Assembly: GCF_006345805.1 (NCBI RefSeq)
Contig: NC_042999.1
Span: 12,586,001-12,650,000 of the forward strand
Reading direction: 5' to 3'
From: Octopus sinensis
Lineage: Eukaryota
DNA: 64,000 nucleotides
The notes below the pieces were generated by a model, which worked only from the letters and a program-made list of their open reading frames with translations, searched no databases and was not told where the DNA came from. Both the position numbers and the translations under genes were made by a program. The number at the start of each line of letters is the position of its first letter. Position 1 is the first letter of the stretch. Of this stretch, positions 24,870-37,173 are shown piece after piece.

Positions 24870-26145
24870 TATATATACATCTATCTCTGATTCCCAACAC
24901 GGCTTCGTGCCGAAGAGATCATGCTTGACCAACTTACTGGTAATGGAAGAATTGATGACACGTATCCTGGATGATGGTGATGCTATTGACATTGTTTTAT
25001 TGGACTTTGCCAAAGCTTTTGACTCGGTAAACCACCGCCTATTACTTGTCAAGCTCCAAGCATATAGTTTCCATCCGGATATTGTACGATGGGTTGGTGC
25101 CTTCCTCTCAGATCGCTCCTTCCAAGTCCAAGTTAATGGTTCACTGTCCGACGTCTCCAGTGTGAGCAGTGGCGTGCCTCAACGTTCAATTCTTGGGCCC
25201 TTATTGTTCTTAGTCTTCATAAATGACTTGCCCGATGACCTCACGTAACACACCCTTCTATTTGCCGACGATGTCAAACTGGTCGCTCCTCACGGTGATA
25301 TAGAGGATCTTCGTCGATGCCTCCACCAAATTTGGAGATGGTCTAACGAATGGGACCTGTGTCTGAACGTGTCAAAGTGCTGTCATCTGCCTGTTGGCTC
25401 TTCTCCTGCAACTCAACTTGATTTCGAGCCGGGTCGTCTGCTGCTGGAGAGGACCGACCAGGTAAAGGACCTGGGTATCTTGGTGGATTCTTCCTTTTCG
25501 CCTTCGGCCCAGTGCGTCCATGCTGCCAACAAAGCACGCGGAGTTCTGTTTTTGATTCGACGGTCATTCAGAATGCTCACAGCAGCCATATTCCTACCGC
25601 TCTATGTCACGCTGGTGAGACTCATATTGGAGTACGGGATTCAAGTCTCTTCTCCTTAACTCCTCAAAGACATACATCATCTCGAAAGAGTCCAGAAGCT
25701 GGCTATCCACATGGTTCTTGGTCTCAAGCATTTGTCTTATGAAGAAAGGCTGAAGACACTCGACCTTTATTCTCTAGAAAAACAATGACGCCGTGGTGAT
25801 CTCATTCTTGCTCACAACATCATAAGCGGAAAGTGTAAACTCTCGAAAGAGCTGTTCTTCACTCCTGCTCCAGAGCGTCGGCTGCGGGGTCATTCTGAAA
25901 AGCTCTATCTGCGACGATTTCATCTCAATCGAAGGAGAGGGGCTTACTCCGTCCAGGTTGCGGATCCGTGGAATAAGCTGCCGGACGAGATAGTGAAGAT
26001 GCCGACGACCGCTCGGTTCAAAGTCTCCCTTGACCAGAAATGGCCTGAACTCTTTGCATGAACACCCCTGTACATAACTCCATGTCCCCCTACATGGCCT
26101 TGCTTTTTGCTTTTTGAGCCAAAAATTAACTTAACTTAACGTAAC
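24870..26145 (+). mobile_element. CR1-clade LINE, 5'-truncated RT-to-3' end
   Basis: SQHGFVPKRSCLTNLL, LDFAKAFDSVNH, SGVPQRSILGPLLFLVFINDL, LFADD, KDLGILVD; (TTAAC)n tail near 26125-26145; few stops. Confidence 0.9.
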
Positions 26146-26160
26146 TTGTACATACATACG

Positions 26161-26219
<59 letters not shown>

Positions 26220-26915
26220 CATATGATGATGATATATATACACACATACATATATATATATTATTTTTATCTTTTATTCAACGTTTAACGTCTGTTTTCC
26301 ATGCTGGCATGGGTTGGATGGTTTGACTGAGGGCTGGCAAGCCAGAAGGCTGCACCAGGCTCCAATCTGATCAGGCAATGTTTCTACAGCTGGATGCCCT
26401 TCCTAATGCCAACTACTTTGAGAGTGTTGTGGGTGCTTTTTATGTGCCACTTGCAAAAGGGCCAGTCAGGCGGTACTGGCATCAACCATGCTCAAATGGC
26501 GCTTTTTACGTGCCACGAGCACGGGAGCCAAGATATATATATATAGAGAGAGAGTTAAATGTTGTATATATAGATAATGATAAGCATGGTAGATGGACAG
26601 CCAGACTTTCAATGACTGGAGTGTGGAATGTGTGGTATAAGGAAACTTTGTCAGTGAAAGAAAATGATTTTCTCGATTTCTTGTGGTTAGTAATATGTTT
26701 TGTATATCAGCAATTGTCTAAGATGCCTGAGGTTTGTAATAACTTTCCAAACTCATTATTCAAAATATATCCCCTCCACAATTCAACAATTTCACTAGAA
26801 ACTATATTTGCATGACATTTACTAGTTTTCAGGGATGCATTTGTCACTCACGGAACTTTAATTTTGACTCTGAAAAACGATTAATTTTCATTATCATTTT
26901 ATTGTTTCCTTTCAG

Positions 26916-27460
26916 GAATTGATATTATTAAAGAAATTGGGAGGCAGTCTACTAACCAGACTGTGAAAAGAGTGTCTTTGAGGGCAGTGCAGTTATCTGA
27001 AGGTTTCCATGGCAGAATAAGTCGAAAATCAATGAAAAGTCTTCTGAGGAAATCTAGCAGAACATTTTCCTTGTTGTTGTATGGTGACATTTCAGCAAGT
27101 GATGGCACTCAAGCCACTTTAATAAGTGTACATTCTGAAGGAAGAGAATTGCCATTGTTGCAGGTCTTGTTAGACACTTCAAACCAGTCTTTGATTGTTC
27201 GGTACCAAGGTGAAAGATCTTACCAACGTATTAATATTCATGGATTCATTCCTATGACATCTGAAGACATTTCTGAAATACAATCGCATCCAAAGAGTCC
27301 CTGGGACCAGTTGCTGTTTACTTTCGGTCTTAATGAATTACGCATTGTGATTGACTGCTTCCCAGAGAAAATTATTCCTCTCCGTCAGAAAATGGCTATT
27401 TTTGATGGCCATAAATTATTTTTCTTTGGCCATGATAAAAAGAAGAAAAATTATTTAGAG
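26916..27460 (+). CDS. Exon 2: TSPN / laminin-G-like domain
   Basis: Acceptor TTTCCTTTCAG, donor GAG|GTTTGT, 545 nt open (phase 1 to 0). (G)IDIIKEIG...FSLLLYG...TLISVH...LQVLLD...WDQLLFTFGLNELRIVIDC...FFFGHD fits the TSPN pattern. Confidence 0.85.
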
Positions 27461-30277
27461 GTTTGTGCTTGTTTTATTAGATTTTGTGTCTTTGGTTGAA
27501 CTTTGACTTTTGAACTTTAACCCGTTTGATAGGGATCTGCTTGGGACTATACCTGGTTCTAAGAGAATACACATTTCGTTCAATTACAACCGGCACCAAA
27601 ATTTCATGTTATGTTACTTTACCAAATGACAGTTACTTTACTAAATTCTTCATTATTTTCGAAATCAATTGAAGCAAAGACTGCATAAAACCAGTCATAC
27701 GCCAGGTGACTGACTGACAGAAAACTAAAGCTCTTAAGTTGCCTGAAGGAATTATTAATCATACACATTATTATCAATTAGGAGGAATTGTACCCTGTTT
27801 ATAAACTATTTAATTCTGAGTGGAAAGCCAAAGAAAAGAGAGCCCTTACATTTCTTTCTTTTTGATGTTTTTAACAAGTAACATTTGTGTTTAAGGCTCT
27901 CAATGAAGAAAAAAGAATTTTATTAAAATTTTTTTTTTTTCCCATTTTGTCTCCATTGCAACTGAATGCATCTCGTTTGTAATAAATGACATTGTATTTA
28001 CGAACCCAAGATAGCAGTTTACTAGAATATACCTTTATTCTTTTACTTGTTTTAGCCATTGTTTGTGGCCATACAGGACCACTGCCTTGCAGGGTTTGTT
28101 GACAAATTGACCCCAGCACCTATTTTAAATCTGAAATGCCAAATCGCTAAAAGAGGAAAAAAAAAATAACAGAACCTGGCACTTCGTTAGTGAGGGTTCC
28201 TGCTGATCTGATCAGTGGAACAGCTTGCTTGTGGAATTAATGTGCAAGTGGCTGAGTACTCCACAGATATGCATGCCCTTTATGTGGTTCTCAGGGAGAT
28301 TCAGCATGACACAATGTAACAAGAATGGCCCTTGTACTGCTCATTTCTGCCAGCTGCAACAATATGAAATAAATCGCCAAGTTACAGGGACATAAACAAA
28401 CTAACACTGGTTGTTAAGCAGTGAGGAGATAAACACAGACAATCACACACAAACACAACAGGCTTCTACACAGTTTCCATCTACTAAATTCCCTTACAAG
28501 GGATCGATTAGCCCAGGTCTATAGTAGAAGACATTTGTCCGAGTTGCTGCATAGTGAGACTGAATGTGAAGCCATGTGGTTGGGAAACCTCTTAACCACA
28601 CAGCCATGTTTATGCCTAAAAGAACATGGCCTTTTCATTTATTCATTCTTATATGCTTTTCGTTGATGTAGGAGATTTTGAAGCAGTGAGCTGCAAAATC
28701 ATTGGAGCATTGGACAAAATTCCTTGTAGTACTTGTTCCGTCTCTTTGCATTGTGAGTTCAAATTTTGCTGAGATGAACTTTGTCTTTCATCCTTTCAGG
28801 GGTTGATAAAATAAAGTACCAGTCAAGTACTTGGGTCGATGTAATCTACTAACTCCCTTCCCTAAAATTACTTTCTTTGTACTGAGACCAGAAACATTTA
28901 TTATCAGAATCTATAAATATCTGCAATTAGTAACTCTATGAAATAGACACACACCATTTCACAAACTTTTAGACCAAAGTGAAAGTAATTGGAACAACAC
29001 TGCAAATATTTCAAAGGGCAGTATAAATATATATGGAACTCTTTCAAATTAGTTGCATATCTGGCCTGATTTAACATTTATTTAATAAGACAAAATGACC
29101 TTCTTAGAAAGAATCCTTTTTTGAAATACTGTACAACAATCTTACAAATGTTAATGCTAAATGCTAATTCTTCATCGTAATCATTATCACCATTTAGCAT
29201 CCACATTTCTGCTTGTTTGAGTCAGAAGGAATTTACTTCTAAAACCAATTATAAATTTACCACTAAAGCCTTCTCCTCCCCCCTCTCTCTTTCACATACA
29301 CACACAAGTTGTTTTTTTTCAATTTCTGTCTACTAAATCCAATTACAAGGCTTTAGTTATCCTGGGGCAGAAAACATTTTACCAAGGTCCAATACCACTG
29401 GTACCAAATCTGAAATCCTATGAGAAAACGAGTTGGTCTTTCTTATGAATATGTTTTTGTTACTCCGAGAAAGGACAGAAGCTACTGTTGTCTGGATAAT
29501 AAAATGGTTTGGGAAGTGATTTCTGGAAAGAAGCTTTAGAGAGCGGTCTTAGCAATTGTTTACACTAAGAAATTACTACCAAACTACATCAACCCCTACA
29601 CATATGCACCCAGATATATACAAATATTCATGCAAATATACTTGTGCCTCCTCCTCCTCCTCCTTCCTGACCCAGTTCCATTTCCTTCCCCTCTCTGCCC
29701 AAACTCATATTTACCATTGACCCACCCTTGTTTGCCATTCACTTTTATTCCATCCCCCTCTCCACCCATCTGCTGCTCTCGTTTCACACTCTTGTGAACT
29801 TTGCTTCTTACACACACTTCCCAATCTCCTTTCCCTCTTTCCTCACCTTCTTTTACCTTAAGCATATTTCCCAACACCTGATCACTACCCCCTCTTTTTC
29901 TCTTTCCGCCTGGGGTAGCCATGTATCTCCTCTATAACAATACTCCTGTTTTTGACCCTCACTCATACCTTAGCCACTCAATAACTGACATTCAGCCACC
30001 CCTCTCAATACTACATGCCTACTTGATTGAGGGGTCTTGTCTTGAGAGTTATTTGGTAACTTCACTACTGCCCATACTCTAAAAAAAGCTCTCAGTATAG
30101 TCTGTAAAGTGGTGGATATTAGAAAGGGTATCTAGACATAGAAACGATTTCAGGACAGACAGACAGATCACTGTGGTTCTCTGGCTCATCAAATCCTGTC
30201 AAACCGTTCAACTCCTGCTAAGATGGATGCTAAGTGATGATCACACACACACACGGAAGTTAAATGATGATGATACT

Positions 30278-30336
<59 letters not shown>

Positions 30337-30584
30337 TCTCATCTGTATCACCAACATTTGGATTTTAGGTCAGATATTTATAAAAAAAACTTGTCTAGAA
30401 ATCTCTGCTTAGATCAGTTGATTAAAAAGAATTGAATTTCTAATTGTAATTATTTTTTGAAAATTTCTAGTCAATAATTAGATAATATTGTTATGGTTTT
30501 AGTGATTTATTTATTACTTTTTAATAAAAATGTTTGTACTTTACATGTTACTGTTGAAGTTATGTATGTCTGTTTATTCCTCAG

Positions 30585-30651
30585 GGTTTGGTTTATAAGG
30601 CAAAACTTTACAATCATATTATTAAAGGATTTCCTTGGACTTGTCCCAAAG
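30585..30651 (+). CDS. Exon 3: end of TSPN domain (GLVYKAKLYNHIIKGFPWTCPK)
   Basis: Acceptor TTTATTCCTCAG, donor AAG|GTAAGG, 67 nt. Phase 0 to 1 exactly bridges exons 2 and 4. Confidence 0.85.
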
Positions 30652-30752
30652 GTAAGGATATTATTTAAAATATTTTATGGCTTAGAGTGTGAAGAATTGT
30701 CTGATTGACGATTTGCAATTGGTTGCATCTAGTAACATGTACATTTGGTTAA

Positions 30753-30962
30753 CCCTTTTGATATCAATCTGCCTAGAACTGTTCCTGATTCTTGTGATAC
30801 AAACTCCCTGTTTTAAAGAGATGTAAGTTAAAAACCTTTCAGCTAAATTTCATGTTAATTTATGTTCCAGACACTTGGTTAATAAGAACAAATTTATTTC
30901 ATTAACTTTCATTAACTTTAAAATTAATTGAAACAAAGACAGAATATTTCAACAGAAAAGAG
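30753..30962. mobile_element. TTAA-flanked MITE (piggyBac-like ends)
   Basis: TTAA|CCCTTTTGATA ... AAAAGAG|TTAA; internal similarity to the copies at 39348 and 50936. Confidence 0.65.
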
Positions 30963-31599
30963 TTAACTCAGAGAAATCATCATTTAGTGTACGTTTTCCC
31001 TGCTGGCATGGATTAGACGATTTGACTGGAATTGGTAAGCTAGGTAGCTGTATCAGGCTCTAGTCTGATTTTAGTATGGTTTCTACAGCTGGATGCCCTT
31101 CCTAATGCCAACCACTCCAAGAGGTGTAGTGGGTGCCTTTTACATGTCACTGTGCTTTGGCGATCCATCTGAACATCGATCGCTGACACTTTCGGCCGAT
31201 CTGTCCTGGTCAGTTATCCCTACACTGTCATGGCTGCTTGTTATGTGTCATCACCACTGACCATGACTATAGTCTCTCTTGGCCTGATGTGTCTTCTCAA
31301 GCACAGAAAACTGTCAAAGGTCTTGATCATTCATTATCACTTCTGTGAGACCAAACGTTTGAAGATCATGCTTCACCACCTTGTCCCATGTCTACCTGGG
31401 TCTACCTCTACCACAGTTAGGGACTGGCATGTCTTTATGCAGCTGTCCACATCCATATGCCAGCTGTCCTCATCCAGGCATCAAATGAGAATAAAATGGT
31501 AGGGTTAAATAATTTGATTGGATAATAAAAACAGTGAAAATATGCCATAAGATGGGAGTTAGAAGTGAAATAAATATTTTAAAGCTCCATATTCAGGCA

Positions 31600-31900
31600 C
31601 ATGTGTAGGTGTGTGGCAAGAAGCTTACTTCCGAACTACATGGTTCCGGGTTCAGTCCTGCTGCATGGCACCTTAGAAGAGGTGTTTTCTACTATAGCTT
31701 TGGACCAACCAAAGCCTTGCAAGTGGGTTCAGTAGATGGAAACTGAAAGAAGCTTGTTGTATAGATCTATGTCTGTGCACGTATGTCTTTATGTCTGCGT
31801 TTCTACTCCACCACTGCTTGACAGCTGGTGTTGATGTGTTTAGTGGTGCAGCAAAAGAAACTGACAAAAGAAGGACCAGGATTTTAAAAAAAAATAGACC
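31600..31900 (+). mobile_element. tRNA-derived CORE-like SINE; related pieces at ~18055-18200 (-), ~28430-28615 (-), ~55850-56000 (-), ~61815-61930 (+)
   Basis: GTGTGG..AAGAAGCTT...CCGGGTTCAGTCC head, GGCACCTT...TCTACTATAGC core and GATGGAAACTGAAAGAAGC motif recurring across copies. Confidence 0.75.
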
Positions 31901-33365
31901 CTACTGGAGTTGATTCATATGACCAAAATGAATTGTAGTTGTGACCGATGCTGGTGGCACATAGAAAGCATCCTTTGAGCACTAGGACTCATGGAGGCAA
32001 AGTGGTTGGTGTTGTCAAATGTGAAAAGCTCCTTTTGAGTGTTGGGCCTCATGGAGGCAATGATGCATAACTGAATCCTTTGGCATTATCTCATGCTTGA
32101 GAAAACCCGTCAAGCCAAGTAAAATCACAATTGTGGCAGATATTGGTGTTACGCAAATGGCACATAAAAGCACCCATTACACTTTTGAAGCGGTTGGTGT
32201 TAGGAAGGGCAGCCAGCTGTAAGAAACCTTGCCAAATCAGACTGGAGTCTGGTGTAGCCTTCCAGCTTGCCAGCCCTGGTCAAACCATCCAAGCCGTGCC
32301 AGCATGGACAACAGATGTTCAATGATGATGATGATTCTATATATGTTGCACTCTTTAGAAGTCATGTTACAAATTTCTTTATCTGATTTTCGCAATAATA
32401 AGAAGAAGCTTCTTTATTGCAAGCCAGCACATTGTAAGTTAATATAATTCTTTTGGTAGTAATTAATAGAAAGCAATTACAGAATATTTAATACTACAGA
32501 CTTTATCTCTTTTTTTATATTATCATTTGATTTATTAGACCTTGTTCCTGTTGTAGAATTATTATCTATTGTTATATTTTTTTGAATGTTGTCCATTATC
32601 TGATGGCTGAGTCTGGGAGAATACTTTTTCCACTGTGGCTGATATCAGGAAATATTCTTACAATTATTATAATTTAGCTTTCATCAAATTTCTTAGTAAT
32701 TATACAAAATGATGAAATGGATACTAACCGCTGAAAGGAAAATATCACCTTAAAACAAAAAAAAAAAGCAAATTTCTTGTTTGTGTAAATCCTTTCATAA
32801 CTATTCTGTCATTTACTCCCTCTCCTCTTCCCCTGTCTTTATGATTCATTCCCTCTCACTCTTGTGAGTGTGGGTGTGGGGCATTCCTTTACTCATTGCC
32901 TGCCACCAAGCTTAGTATATTGTGCTCTTTCTGCACTTCTCATGTTAATCCTCTCTGTAATATCTTATTCTCCACCCACCCCTATATGATGTACAGCATG
33001 ACTGGAGAAATCGACCAACCAACATTTATATTGGTTACTGTTATACAGAGATTATTGGATTTCATTATTCTTTCAGTTTTCTGCAGGAAATCAAACTAAA
33101 TCCTCATTATGACACTGCTCTTGCATGCATGGATTCTATGTGATGGTTTTTATGGTTATATATATTAATGTTTATATCAGAGAATATCTGAAAAAATATG
33201 TTCTGTGTAGTTTTCCTAGAAATGAGAGACCAACTTAAAATGACTTGTTGCAAATTTTGAAGGAAGCCATTTGTCAAAAAGTATATGTATATTTATATGT
33301 GTGTATATATATATATATTTATGTATATATATATATATATATATATGTGTGTATATATATATATT

Positions 33366-33424
<59 letters not shown>

Positions 33425-33435
33425 TTATGTATATA

Positions 33436-34297
33436 GTGCCTTGAGAGAAAAGTTGGACCTAAGAAGCAGCAGATGTGTGCAAGAGAGACGACAGCGCTGG
33501 TATGGTCATGTGGTGTGAATGAATGAGGATAGCTGTGTGAAAAAGTGTCACACTCTAGCGGTTGAGGGAACCTGTGGAAGAGGTAGACCCAGGAAGACCT
33601 GGGATGAGGTGATGAAGCACGGCCTTCAAACATTAGGCGTCACCAAGGCAATGACTAGTGACCAAGACCTTTGGAAATATGCTGTGCTTGAGAAGACTCA
33701 GCAAGCTCAAGTGAGACCATAACCTCATGGCCTATGCCAGGGGTGTAACCAGCCTACTTAGGCATGCCTTTCTTTCATTGGACACTAAACTCTGCTTGCG
33801 AAGACCTTTTGAGGCAAGTGAAATCGAAATCAAGTTTAATGACAGCACCGCATGACTGTCACCCATGCTAGTGGAGCGCTAAGAGTACTATCGTTGCCAG
33901 GGCCACTGACTGGCCCCAGTGCCGGTGACACGAAAAAAGTGCCATTCAACCATGCTTGTTACCAGTGTTGCCTTACAGGCACTTGTGCCAGTGGTACGTG
34001 AAAAACAACATTCGAGTGAGGGCGTTGCCTGTGCCACTGGACTGGCTCCTGTGCAGGTGATACGTAAAAACACCATTTGAGTGTGGCTGTTGCTGTACCA
34101 CAAGACTGGCCCTCATGTCAGTGGCACATAAAAGCACCCACTACACTTTTGGAGTGCTTGGCATTAGGAAGGGCATCCGGCTGTAGAAACTCTTCCAGAT
34201 CAGGCTGGAGCCTGGTGCAGCCATCTGGCTCACCAGTCCCCAGTCAAACCCATGCCAGCATGGAAATCGGACGTTAAACAATCATGATGATGGTGAT
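33436..34297 (+). mobile_element. RTE-clade LINE 3' fragment
   Basis: LREKLDLRS...WYGHVV, CGRGRPRKTWDEV, then 3' UTR units and tail; begins right after a (TA)n tract. Confidence 0.85.
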
Positions 34298-34324
34298 ATA
34301 TGTGTATGTATGTGTGTGTGTGTA

Positions 34325-34369
<45 letters not shown>

Positions 34370-34404
34370 ATATATATATATATATGTATGTATATATATA
34401 TCTA

Positions 34405-34924
34405 TATCTTCAAAACAAATCAAAATAGATGAACATCAATGGAATTTGTATCCTTGTGGTACCAGTGCTGGTGGCACGTGGCACACAAGAAAACCATCCG
34501 AACGTGGCCGTAGCCAGTACCGCATCGACTGGCCTCCGTGCTGTGGGCACGTAACAAGCACCATCCGATCGTGGCCGTTTTGCCAGCCTCATCTGGCACC
34601 TGTGTCGGTGGCACATAAAAAACACCATCCGAGCGTGGCCGTCTGCCAGCCTCGTCTGGCACCTGTGTCGGTGGCACATAAAAAACACCATCCGAGCGTG
34701 ACCGTTTGCCAGCCTCGTCTGGCACCTGTGTCGGTGGCACATAAAATCACCCACTACACTCTCGGAGTGGTTGGCGTTAGGAAGGGCATCCAGCTGTAGA
34801 AACACTGCCAGATCTGACTGGACTGGTGCAGCTTTCGGGCTCCCCAGACCCCAGTTGAACCGTCCAACCCATGCTAGCATGGAAAGCGGACGTTAAATGA
34901 TGATGATGATGATGATGATGATGA
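34405..34924 (+). mobile_element. RTE 3' UTR/tail copy with 4-5 tandem ~61-bp units (similar copies at ~17770-18055, ~42650-43005, ~45800-46115, ~49530-50027 on +; ~26270-26530, ~36445-37020, ~46985-47270 on -)
   Basis: Same tail as the RT-bearing copies (GGCGTTAGGAAGGGCATCCAGCTGTAGAAAC...CCGTCCAACCCATGCTAGCATGGAAAGCGGACGTTAAA(GAT)n). Confidence 0.88.
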
Positions 34925-34938
34925 TCTATATCTATCTA

Positions 34939-34980
<42 letters not shown>

Positions 34981-36393
34981 TCATCATCATCATCATCATT
35001 TAGCGTCCGCTTTCCATGCTAGCATGGGTTGGACGGTTCAACTGGGGTCTGGGAAGCCAGAAGGCTGCACCAGGCCCAGTCTGATCTGGCAGTGTTTCTA
35101 CAGCTGGATGCCCTTCCTAACGCCAACCACTCCGGGGGCCAGACGAGGCTGGCAATGGCCACAATTGGTGGGTGCTTTTTATGTGCCACAGGCATGGAGG
35201 CCCGTCGGGGCGACGCTGGCAATGGCCACGTTCCGATGGTTCGCTTACGTGCCACCGGCACTGGTATCACAGCTACAATTTCCATTGATGTTGATCAATA
35301 TCGATTTTGATTCTGATTTCGATTCTGATTCTCACTTGCCTCAACAGATCTTCACAAGTAGAGTTTTGTGTTCCAAGAAGGAAAGGCATGCATAAGTGGA
35401 CTGGCTACATCTAAGGTAGAGGCCATGGGTTATGGTCTCACTTGTCCTGCCGGGTCTTCTCACGCACAGCATACTTCCATAGGTCTCGGTCTCTAGTCAT
35501 TTCCTCTGTGAGACCTAAAGTTCGAAGGTCGTGCTTCACCACCTCGTCCCAGGTTTTCCTGGGTCTACCTCTTCCACAGGTTCCCTCAACCGCCAGGGTG
35601 TGGCACTTTTCACATAACTATCTTCATCCATTCTCGTCACATGACCATACCAGCACAAACGGCTCTCTTGCACACCACAACTGATGCTTCTTAAGTCCAA
35701 CTTTTCTCTCAAGGTACTTACACTCTGTCGATTATGAACACTGACATTACACATCCATCGGAGCATACTGGCTTCATTCATTGCGAGCTTACGCAAATCC
35801 TCAGCAGTGACGGTCCATGTTTCACTACCATGTAGCATGGCTGTTCGTACACATGCGTCATACAGTCTGCCTTTTACTCTGAGTGAGAGGCCTTTTGTCA
35901 CCAGCAGAGGTAAGAGCTCTCTGAACTTTGCCCAGGCTATTCTTACTCTAGCAGTTACACTTTCAGCACACCCACCCCCACTACTGACTTGGTCACCTAG
36001 GTAACGGAAGCTATCAACTATTTCTAGTTTTTCTCCCTGGAATGTGGTGGAAGTTGTTCTCTGCGCATTTTCAGTGTTTATTGCTCCTGAGCATCTGCCA
36101 CATACAAAAACTATCTTCCTAGTTAGCCTTCCTTTGACATTGCTGCACCTCTTATGTGTCCATAGCTTACACTTGGTGCATCTTATAGAGTTTCTATCTA
36201 CGCCCTTTCTACAGATCAAGCAGGGCCATCTACCTGAAGGCGTTTGTGACTTGTCTACCTTCCTACTTATTAGAACTTTGGTTTTAGCTAGGTTGACTCT
36301 AAAGCCCTTCGATTCTAATCCTTGCTTCCACACCTGAAACCTCTCCTCCAGTTCTGATAGTGACTCAGCAATTAGAGCTATGTCATCAGCATA
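34981..36393 (-). mobile_element. RTE-clade LINE, truncated at the YADD motif, with Cys-rich finger and 3' UTR
   Basis: YADDIALIAES, 265-aa ORF 35536-36333 containing WPCLICRKGV...CTKCKLWTHKRC...CGRC, then tail and (CAT)n. Confidence 0.9.
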
Positions 36394-37114
36394 TATGTAT
36401 GTATGTATATATATACATTATATATATATATATATATATATATATCATCATCATCATCATCATCGTTTAACGTCCGTTCTCCATGCTAGCATGGGTTGGA
36501 CGGTTCGACCGGGGTTCTGGGAAGCCAGAAGGCTGCATCAGGCTCCAGTCTAATCTGGCAATGTTTCTACAGCTGGATGCCCTTCCTAACGCCAACCACT
36601 CCGTGAGTGTAGTGGGTGCTTTTTACGTGCCACCTGCACAGGTGCCAGGCGGGGCTGGCAACGGCCACGGTCAGATTGGTGTAATTTATGTGCCACTGGC
36701 ACGGAAGCCAGTCGAGGCGGTGCTGGCATCGGCCATGAGTCGGATAGTGCCTTTTACGTACCACCAGACCAGGGATCCTGGCTGGTTCAATTCGATTTCG
36801 ATTTCGCTTGCCCCAACATGTCTTCACAAGCAAAGGGGGTTGGCATGGGTGCCTGTCGTACGGTCGCATTGGAGTATTTTACGTGCCACGGCCACGAGTC
36901 GGATAGTGCTTTTTACGTACCACCAGGCCAGGGATCCTGGCTGGTTCAATTTGGTTTCGCTTGCCCCAACATGTCTTCGCAAGCATGGGGGGTTGGCATG
37001 GGTGTCTGTCGTCGGATGAGGTTCTATATCGACTTCGCTTGCATCAACAGGTCATATATTTATATGTATGTTAACATGTGGTTGAGGAATGGGGAGAAGT
37101 GAGAGAGAGTGCAT

Positions 37115-37173
<59 letters not shown>

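Noticed and set aside
24870-26145. Horizontal-transfer origin for the GC-rich CR1 (and for the BovB-like piece at 56280-56620)
   Set aside because: Composition and family reputation are not evidence; it needs a phylogeny and taxon survey that I cannot run.
33087-33143. Exon-like segment (TTTTCTGCAG|EIKLNPHYDTALAC...)
   Set aside because: In-frame TGA at 33141 and no phase-compatible donor; exon 3 at 30585 already bridges the gene correctly.
34480-34750. ~61-bp repeat arrays as CRISPR-like arrays
   Set aside because: Eukaryotic context, contiguous units without unique spacers, no cas genes; they are LINE 3' UTR repeats.
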